From: Mobula hypostoma
Taxonomy: Eukaryota
Assembly (NCBI RefSeq): GCF_963921235.1
Contig: NC_086097.1
Span: 67,148,001 to 67,212,000 of the forward strand
Direction of reading: 5' to 3'
Length of the DNA: 64,000 nt
The position numbers were made by a program, and so were the translations under genes. Shown here in pieces: positions 55,303-64,000 of this stretch; the first letter of the stretch is position 1; each line of letters starts with the position of its first letter. Below the pieces are notes generated by a model, which did no database searches, was not told the origin of the DNA, and saw only the letters and a list, made by a program, of their open reading frames with translations.

Positions 55303-56139
55303 TTAGGATGTTGAAGGCAAATGTTGATCCAGGTAACTCTGGGCTTCCGACGGAGAGTTGAAAAAACAGGAAGACCCATCAGACAACCGAATCCTCAAAC
55401 ATGTGGGATAAAGCAATACTGGTTTTAAATCCATCTTGTAGAATTCCGATATCACAGATCTGTAATGGACATGTTGATCACGAACCTGTTTGCTAAAATC
55501 CTCCACCAATCGAAAACGGAGATCCGAGAAATCAATATAACCTTTAGGTCGAGCAAAGCGAAGCAGCTTCTCCTTGTCTTGAAAATAATGAAATCGTAAA
55601 ATAACATGCTGAGGTTTATCTGACTTAGGCGAATATAATGGGACTCTGTGAGCCCGATCCAATAGTGGTGGTTGATCAGGAAATAAGGTGGGAAATGAAT
55701 CTTTTAAAAGTTGAGAGAAAAACTTTATAGGGTCATCAGATTCGGCAGCTTCACAAAGACCAATAATTCTTATCTTTTGACGTCTCATTCTGCATTCTAA
55801 ATCAGAATTTTTAAAGGTAAGAAAGTCAAGTTTTTTCTTCATTGTACTAATTGTTTCTTCAATTTTCCCCATCTTGAGTTCATTCTGTTGCGTGGATACT
55901 TGGAGATTAGATATAGCACTCTGATGTACTGTGATAGATGTTTTCATTTTATCAATTTCATCGATGATTTTCTCCAGTTTAGATGAAATTTCTGGACGAA
56001 TCAGATCCGATATAGTTTGCATAGTTACCGCTGGTTCAATCAGAGGGGGGTCGGTAACTTTCGGTCTAACCGGAGGTTTGCCGTCTTTCCCGTTCTTAGA
56101 CATAGCAGACCTTAAAAACATCCAAATATATAATAGCAA
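55303..56139 (-). CDS. L1 ORF1p (coiled coil plus RRM/CTD), open frame
   Basis: DLECRMRRQKIRIIGL.E, LDRAHRV, VILRFHYFQDKEKLL, LLYPTCLRI. Confidence 0.85.
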   Translation of the reverse strand: MLLYIWMFLRSAMSKNGKDGKPPVRPKVTDPPLIEPAVTMQTISDLIRPEISSKLEKIIDEIDKMKTSITVHQSAISNLQVSTQQNELKMGKIEETISTMKKKLDFLTFKNSDLECRMRRQKIRIIGLCEAAESDDPIKFFSQLLKDSFPTLFPDQPPLLDRAHRVPLYSPKSDKPQHVILRFHYFQDKEKLLRFARPKGYIDFSDLRFRLVEDFSKQVRDQHVHYRSVISEFYKMDLKPVLLYPTCLRIRLSDGSSCFFNSPSEAQSYLDQHLPSTS

Positions 56140-58581
56140 TCCGCTGCAAGGTATTGTAAAAGTCGGTGCCTTAAAAGTTGGCTGATCATAGGATAAAGCT
56201 CAGAGGTAATGGAGCGAGTCAAGAACACGACTTCACTCCATGAGCTCTACCAGAAGTCTCCTACTTGTTTATTTCGGCTTTTTTCTTAAAGGTGTGCTGG
56301 GTGCACTCCAGCTACCACTGCACTCCTGCACACTTCGTGGCCCGGTATTGGTCCACGGCCCGGAGGTTGGGGACCACTGATCTACACATCCAGTGCAGTT
56401 CTCCCGAAGGTGCTTTTGAAAATTCCCCACAGACATCCTTATTCCTTTTGAAGGGACAACTATGTGATCATCAGGGGAAGTATGCAGAGATGAGAGGGAG
56501 CATTGTGAAGTCTGCAGCTTAGGGACTGGGAGACCCTCCTGATGTCAGGCCTGAGCCCTCTTGGAGAGGGGTCTCTTTTTCTAGCGACTGTCAGCTCAAT
56601 ATTTTCATCTTGACTTGAGTCGAGTTTGAGATCCATATGTGGCCCTGAGCCTAGCTAGGCTGTACCGGAGGGCCAGTGTCTCAATAACAACACAGGTACA
56701 GTACTGGTCCCTTTTATAATGGGGTGAAGCTCTGGTTGACAGAGGGTTCTTGCAATTTAACAATGGCATAGAGCAACAGTTGCACTTGTTTGCAGTGGTA
56801 TTGGGCCTATACTCCTGTATAGTGCTGCAGTAGGAGCAGCTCAGCCTGCTGGTCTGGCATGCTGGAAAGAAGCATGGAAATGAGATCATTGTGGGGGCAG
56901 TGAGCAGGGCAGTCGGAGCTGTATCTTTACACCTTACCAGATATGGATATTTTGCTTATGTACTTGTAAAATTGTGTTCCTTGTGAATGGCCCTCAAAAG
57001 GTTTGGATTGTAAACAAGGCCATTGTGTAATCCATGCCATGGATTTTATAATAATCCTAAACAGCTTTGCATTGCCAAGGGGAAATAACAGGCAAGACTT
57101 TTGTTCCTCATTCCAGTGTGACATGCAGTACTGACTTCCTGTTAAGTTTCACCCCTGTTCAAACCGTCATATTTATGGCACTGTCTGGTATAGCTGGGAT
57201 CCTAGAATTGAATGCTTTTGGGTCTTTCAGGATGCAGTGATTGCAAGGACCAAGGGAGCTTTTAATTTTTAACAACTAGGCCCGACAATTTGTTTGTAGT
57301 GCATGGTTCATTGGGGAATTTTGGTTCAAATTAAAGATTAATATGCTCATCAGGTAAAAAGGCATCATTGTTTTAGCCCTGGGAGACAAAATATGAGTTT
57401 CATTGGGAGGATGAGACTCGTTCCATATTTATAGTACAAATGTACTTGGAATGGGGTTCCCATTATTTTCCTGAAAAGCATGACAGACAAATGTTATTCC
57501 TGCGATCCCCATTATTATGTATATTTCCACATTCTCTACTTAGAAGCAGCCCCTGGCCAAAGACAGAAATTATCTCAGTCTCCTAAGATTTCTCTTGCAA
57601 ATTGTCATTTAGAGTCCTCACAACATATTACCTGATATAAAGGCACCTAGAAAGGGCACAAAATTGCTGCACCCTCGGTTAAGTTGATTTTCAAGAATGG
57701 AGCAGCTTTCTTCATAGGTTGTGTGAATTCATTTCTCACTTCTCGTGCTTGCAGTTTCTTGAGGAAATAAAACAATTTACACAAACAGGTTGCACCTTGC
57801 TGACAGTGCCAATCAAAGTTCCTAGCCTTTTGGTATTTACCTATAGGAAGCCTTGGACTTTGCTTGGTATTACAGGCTTTCACTATGAATATTGATATTT
57901 CAATTACCTGATTGTAATTTTTCATGCATGCTAGATTCCAAATTGTGAAAGCCCAGTCAAGATTGGGTTATGTATTCAGGCAAGTAATTGCTGGTATACA
58001 GGGGATTGTGGACAGTGATTCTGAGCTAGGAAACTGGGTCAGTAAGATAGGCCCAACTTGCCAGCCTGAAGTATGGTCATTTGAGTCTACAGGCAGTGTT
58101 CAGAATCCTGAAGATATTCATACTGTCAGATCACATTCCTCCTGATCCTCTCCTTTTCATGGTAGAGAAACCTGATCATTGTCTAGATTCACTAGTCACC
58201 TAAATTTTCTACCTCACCAAACAAAAGTGTACTTGTTTAAGGTTTACCCGGAAGCTGATGTAGATGGAAAAAGAACAATGCCATTTTTTTTCTGGAATAC
58301 TTATTGAAAGTGATCAGAATAATTCGCTTTCTTAGCTCTGGTGTTGCTTTTATGTATGGCTAATAAAAGAAATGGAGCAACCCTTTCTCCTTTCTCTTTG
58401 GATGTTAATCAAAATGCAAATTATACCAATGCGAATGCAAGAGATTTTCTTTCAGGAATTCACAACACTATCTTCCTGACCCAGTTTCATCCATTGGTCT
58501 GTACTGTGTTTGATCATAGCATTGTCAATGTGAAGAATAATTTGAGCATCACTATTAAAGTACAATTGTATGTGAATACGA

Positions 58582-59128
58582 CACTCACTGGTCACTTTAT
58601 TAGGTACAGGAGGAACCTAATAAAGTGGCCACTGAATGTATCTTCGTGATCTTCTGCTGCTGTAACCCATCCACTTCAAGGTTTGAAGTGTTGTGCATTC
58701 ACAGATGCTCTTCTGCACACCACTGTTGTAATGCGTGGTGATTTGAGTTACTGTCATCTTCCTGTCAGCTTGAACCAGTCAGGCCATTCTCCTCTGACCT
58801 CTCTCATCAAAGTGTTTTTGCCCTCAGAACTGCTGCCTCCTACATGTTTTTTTTTGCACCGTTGTCTATAAACTCTATAGGCTGTTCTGTGTGAAAATAC
58901 CAGATCAGCAATTTGTTACTCAAACCACCCTGACTGGCACCAACAATCCTTCTACAGTCAGAGTCACTTAGATCACATTTCTTCCTATGTGGATGTTTTG
59001 TCTGAACAAACAACTGAACTTCTTGACCACCTCTGTTTGCTCTTATGCAATGGGTTACTGCCACATGATCTGTTAATTAGATATTTGTGTGAATGAGCAG
59101 GTGTATTTAATAAAATGGCCACTGAGTG
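58582..59128. mobile_element. Tc1-type composite MITE
   Basis: CACTCACTGGTCACTTTATTAGGTAC ... TAATAAAATGGCCACTGAGTG|TA; extra right TIR ending ~58638; minus-strand transposase N-terminal remnant KKCDLSDSDCRRIVGA. Confidence 0.82.
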
Positions 59129-59394
59129 TAATTATTGAGGAATAAATACTGGTGTACTTCAGGTACTAAAGGATGCCCAGAGATAGAATTTGTGAGAGCA
59201 GAGACTTAATTTGGCAAAAAAGTCAAATCATTCTAACTACCTGACCTGACTTTTGATGATCATGTAATAAAAACTTAATTATATTGCAGTGGAAACTTTT
59301 ACAGTTGGTCAAATGCAGTGAGTCAATTTGTGTAATTTTGTGCAATTTTTCAGACTTTCCAAATCTATCATAAAGTTTTATTTTGTGTGCTCAG

Positions 59395-59554
59395 GATCTC
59401 CTTTATAGACGAGCAAGGTCTTTGGTGGATTATGAAAGTGCAAACAAGCTGTTGGATAGATCAAGAGCCAAAAACAAAGATGTCCTTCAAGCTGAGACCA
59501 ACCAACAGTTCTGCTGTCAAAAGTTTGAGAAGCTTTCAGAGTCAGCAAAACAAG
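59395..59554 (+). CDS. SNX6: SNX6 internal coding exon (BAR domain)
   Basis: gctcag|GAT...G|gtaact; 160 nt; DLLYRRARSLVDYESANKLLDRSRAKNKDVLQAETNQQFCCQKFEKLSESAKQ. Confidence 0.95.
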
Positions 59555-59629
59555 GTAACTGTTTTGTACCGTTTACGCTTCAGAATTGGAATTTGTAAGC
59601 AGAAGATATGACCGCTGAATAACCTGTTG

Positions 59630-60450
59630 GTGAGTCTGCACCTGGAATATTATACACACCTCTGGTTGCTGTATTGTAGAAAGGATAAGATTAACTAGAC
59701 AGGGTGAAGAAAAGATTCACAGGACTGTTGGCAGGATTGAAGGGAGATACAAGGAGAGACTGGCTAGGCTGGAACTGGTTGTTCTGGAGCAAAGAAGACT
59801 AAGTGGTGGCATTTGAGCTTTATATTATGAGGAGATTGGATAAGGTGGATTATGCTTGTCCTTTAACCAAGTTTATTGTCATTATGTGCCGTATCGTATG
59901 ACGTGGGCAGTTGGTAAATTTTCCTACGGAAGTGGTTTGCCATTGCCTTCTGGGCAGTGTCTTTACAAAATGGGTGACCCCAGCCATTATCTTCAGATTG
60001 TCTGCCTGGCGTCAGTGGTTGCATGACCATGACTTGTGATATGCACCAGCTGTTCATACAACCATCCACCACATACTCCTGTGGCTTCACGTGACCTGAT
60101 CGGAGGGCTAAGCACATTCTACACCTTGTCCAAGGGTGATCTGCAGGCTAATGGAGGAAAGGAGCGTCTTACACCTCATTTAGTAGAGACGTATTTCCAC
60201 CCTGCCACCCGTACACTGGTTAAGGAGGGTCTAAAAATAGTGGGCATAAAGTTAAGAATGGAAAGATTAAAAAGTGTCCTCCCTGAGGGGCAAGTTTTTC
60301 CACTGACGGTGATGGAGGCAAGTACAATTATAACATTTAAAAAAACATTTAGACGGTATATTGATGGGAAAAGTTTAGAGACGTGGGCTATGCACAGGCA
60401 AATGGAGCCAGAGCAGGAAGACACCTTGGTCAGCATTGAGTTTCTAGGCT
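59630..60450 (+). mobile_element. CR1 3' remnant with an antisense RTE-type SINE inserted at ~59870-60210
   Basis: cacctggaatat...gaaaagattcacagg (HLEY...KRFT); the insert has the RTE-type 3' motif GAAGGCAATGGCAAACCAC on the minus strand. Confidence 0.6.
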
Positions 60451-61117
60451 CAATGACTCTAAGGTTTGCAGAATCAGAAATGGGTTTAAATCAGAATCAG
60501 GTTTAGTATCACCAGCACATGCCATGAAATTCATTAACTTTAAGTAGTGCAAAAAAACAGATAATAAGAAAAACATTGAAAGTTTGCATGTGATTGAATA
60601 TCTTTTTGGAAGTGCTTGTGCTGTGTAATTCCCTATCTATGGCTTATCAATTGTGCAAGTAATTTAGAGAAGCTGCAGAGATGCCCAATTTTCTGAAAGA
60701 CTTCTGAGCTAATATTTTGAATATTAAGAATGACAAATCTTATTCATGACTAACAATGTCATTCACATTTGGTATATTTTAAAGTGCTTTATACTCAAAG
60801 TGTAGTGTAGTCATTGTAATGTAGAGGTAGGCGCACTACTGGTTCCAATAGTTTTAGGATGATTGCACATTTCAGTTTTGGTGATGTTAATTTGATTGAA
60901 AATATATTATCTAGAACACACAAAATAACTTTACTGGTTTTTCCAATTGTGCTTTGTCGTCTTTAATTACTATCAGAGATTCTACAGAGGCGCTTGGGTT
61001 TAGAGTTGCATCACTGAAAAGTCTAATAACTTAAATAGTAAATGAAAATTAAAAAAAAATTGTATATGCTGTAAATCCAAAATAAAAATGGAAAATGCTG
61101 GATATACTCAGTAGAAT

Positions 61118-61325
61118 TGCCAGCTGGTAGTGTGGTGGCATCAGCACCGGCCTTCGAGGCGAATGGTCTGAAGTTTGAATCTGGCTGGCTCGTTGCACGC
61201 TTTCCATCTGTTCTGGGTTGACAGTCAAACTAGCAACTCGGCTTCAATTAAAAACAACAGACAACTGTTATGGAAACAGCAAAAATGGTGCCTGATGCAT
61301 CGCAAGGCGCGAAAAGGAACAGCAC
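61118..61325 (+). mobile_element. tRNA-derived SINE
   Basis: A-box-like TGGTAGTGTGGTGG and B-box-like GTTTGAATC with tRNA-like spacing. Confidence 0.5.
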
Positions 61326-61558
61326 TAACAATTGGTCCTGAAATGTAAACTCTGTTTCTCTTTTCACATATGGTCTGAATTGTTTCCAGCTCTTGCTGTT
61401 TTTATTTAAGTACACTTGAAAATTACATGGGAGTGAATGGACTACTTTATTAACTGAATCTGGAAAAGCAGTTAAAAGTAATTGAGCAAGCAGTATTAAT
61501 CAAGATTAATCTATCTTCCTTGAGATTGTACTACTGATAATTACAATTTTGTTCCTAG

Positions 61559-61644
61559 AGCTTATAGACTTCAAAACTCGAAGAGTTGCAGCGTTTCGAA
61601 AAAATCTTGTAGAATTGGCAGAATTGGAACTAAAACATTCCAAG
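61559..61644 (+). CDS. SNX6: SNX6 penultimate coding exon (BAR domain)
   Basis: ttcctag|AG...AAG|gtaatg; 86 nt; (E)LIDFKTRRVAAFRKNLVELAELELKHSK; no terminal exon recognised in the window. Confidence 0.95.
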
Positions 61645-61991
61645 GTAATGTCTGTAATAGTGCTCTGTAAAATTCACTTAAAAATAATTGTATAAGTACA
61701 TTGTAAGGACTAAACATGCTAGTTTAGACTGTACATTGTGTATAAAACTGTTCAAACACTTGAAACTTTATCTTCGACTGTAGTTTTTGCAGGATCCCTA
61801 TTTATTAAATTCTTTCAAGCCAAGACACAGTCATATTCCCCTCACATGGATACAGAAGCTTGCTGCTTATTTTGACTTATGATTTGCCAGTACTTCCTGT
61901 TTAAAATGTTGAACTTTAGAGCTGAACGACTATTAACTGTGCATGTAAACTGAGACACTTCCATCAGAGTTAGTGGAAGTTTTAAACAGTA

Positions 61992-64000
61992 AATCAGAAT
62001 CAGGTTTAATATCATTGGCCTATGTTGTGAAATTTGTTGTTTAGCAACAGCAATACATTTTAATACATAATATTAAAAGCTATAAATTACAATAAGAAAT
62101 ATATTTAAAAAAAATAAGTAGTGCAAAAAGAGAACAAAAAAATTGAAAGAAGCTATTCTTAAAACATTTGAGTGCGTGGCTTCAGGCTACCTTGATGGTA
62201 GCAATGAGAAGTGATAGGGGTCCTCAATGATGGATGCCGCCTTTTTGAGGCTTGTCTTTTGAAGATGTCCTCAATTCTAGGGAGGCTTTACCCATGATGG
62301 AGTTGGCCATGTTCACCCCTTTTTTGCAGCTTTTTCAGATCCTCTGCAGTTGCCCCCTCCATACCAGATGGTGATGCAACCAGTTAGAACGCTCGCCACG
62401 GTGCATCTGTAGAAATTTGCAAGAGTTTTTGGTGTCATACCAAGTCTGCTCAAATGCCTAATGAAATATTGCTGCTGTTGTGCCGCCTTTGTGGTTGCAT
62501 CAATATGTTGGGCCCGGGATAGACCCTCGGAGCTGTTGACACCCAGGAGGTTGAAATTTTCACCTTTTCCACTGCTGATCCTTCCTTGGACTTAACCGAT
62601 GCTGAGTGCAAAAGGTTGTTGTTGCAGCACCATTCAACCAGCTGATCTGGCACACCCTTGTATGCCTCTTCATCACCATCTGAAACTTTGCCAACTGTAG
62701 TTGTCTTATGCAAATTTATGGATGATGTTTGTACTGTGCCTAGCCACACAGTCGTGGGTGTAGAGGGAGTAGAGCAGTGGACTAAGCCCGTATTTTTAGC
62801 ATGCCAGTGTTGACTGTCAGCATGGAGGAGTTGTTGTTTCTGATCAGCACAGACTGTGATCTCAAGGATTCAGGTTTAGAGGGAGGTACTGAGACCCGGT
62901 TTTAAAGCTTGTTGATTAGTACTAAGAGTATGATGGTGTTGAGCGCTGAGCTGCAATCAAAAACAAATGATCAAGTCTGAGTGAAGAGCCAGTGAGATTG
63001 CATCCACTGTGGACCTATTATGGCAAAAGGCAAACTGCAGCAGGTCCAGGTCCTTGGATGGAATTCATTCTGGCCACGACCAACCTCTTGAAGCACTTCA
63101 TCACAGTAGATGTGAGTGCAACTGGACGATAGTCGTTACCGCAGCTCACTCTGCTATCTTGGGCACTTGAGACTTGAAGCAGGAGGCAGCAGTGAAAGGT
63201 TGAAGATGTCCTTGAATGCTCCCACCAGTTGGCACAGGTTTTTAGTGCTTTATCAGATACATCATCAGAGCCTGACGATTTGCGAGGATTCACCCTCTCA
63301 AAATATGTTTTGATTTCGGCCTGACCAAATGCACAGGTGTGGTTTTATGCATGCTTTGAAAGGGAAAATGAATGGCATTGAACTCATCTGGGAGTGAAGT
63401 ATCTCAGCCATTTATGATGTTAGGTTTCAAATTGTAGAAAGTAATAGCCTACAAACCCTGCTAGAGCTAATGTGCATCTTATTTGGTCTTGTAACTTCAA
63501 CTGGAATTGTTTTTTTTGCTCTTAAAATAGCCTTCCATAGGTCATACCTGGACTATTTGTATAGTTCTGGATCACTGGTCTTGAATGCCACAGATCTAAC
63601 CCTTAGCAGGTTACGAATCTCCTGGTTCATCCACAGCTTTTGGTTTGGGTATGTCTAGCACGTCTCAAAGTTGCACACGGCCCTTGGTGAAGTCGGTGAC
63701 AACTGTGGTGTATTCGTTCAGATTTGAAGATGAGTCCCTGAATATTGTCCAGTCCACCAACTCAAAGCAGTCAGTCTCTGTCTGTACGCTGAGAATAGAA
63801 GCACAGCCAGATGATCGTACTTTCCAAAGTGCGGGCGTGGGATAGCATGGTAACGTTCCTGATGGGGGTATAACAGTGGTCGTGTGTTAGCTTCTCTAGG
63901 TTCACAGGTGATATGTTGGTGGTAGCTGTTCAAAGACTTCTTCAAGCTAGCCTGGTTGAAATCCCCTGCAATCACAGGGAAGGCATCAGTGTGCATTGTT
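61992..64000 (-). mobile_element. Degenerate Rex1/Babar-type LINE running off the window
   Basis: IAGDFNQA (APE), YDHLAVLL, NDYRPVALTSTVMKCFKRLV, LVEWCCNNNL; (CTGATT)n-type tail at ~61992. Confidence 0.8.

Larger units (their letters stand above)
50461..56263 (-). mobile_element. Full-length L1-clade LINE
   Basis: 5' UTR, ORF1, ~700-bp spacer, ORF2, aataaa and an A-rich tail; degenerate TSD cctgttctttc / cttgtttatttc. Confidence 0.92.
49954..56379. mobile_element. hAT (Charlie-like) MITE interrupted by L1
   Basis: TIR CAGTGGTCCCCAACCTC / GAGGTTGGGGACCACTG; perfect 8-bp TSD ATCTACAC at 49946-49953 and 56380-56387; inverted arms of ~135 bp. Confidence 0.92.

Noticed and set aside
59383..59598. 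Stand-alone 71-aa ORF
   Set aside because: It is an SNX6 exon read through its flanking intron sequence.

Overview
Eukaryotic, AT-rich vertebrate genomic DNA. The repeat content (CR1, Penelope, Rex/Babar, Tc1/Tigger) suggests a cartilaginous fish such as a ray; this is inferred, not proven. The window lies entirely inside one + strand gene, sorting nexin 6 (SNX6). Ten internal coding exons (1029-61644) splice with GT-AG ends in consistent phase and encode most of the PX domain and the BAR domain; the first and last exons lie outside the window. The introns contain many nested transposons: a full-length Nimb/I-group LINE inside a Gypsy LTR inside a CR1, a full-length L1 inside a hAT MITE, a young CR1, Penelope fragments, and several Tc1/mariner/Tigger derivatives. 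The most unusual items are (i) a Tigger/pogo-type non-autonomous transposon carrying the 5' end of 28S rRNA plus a probable ITS2 segment, (ii) a 1.6-kb fold-back element made of two head-to-head Tc1 3' halves, (iii) an apparently perfect 271-bp inverted duplication, and (iv) three unrelated MITEs that each have three TIR copies. No prokaryotic system or CRISPR array is present. Coordinates were counted by eye, and repeat family names come from motif recognition without database searches.
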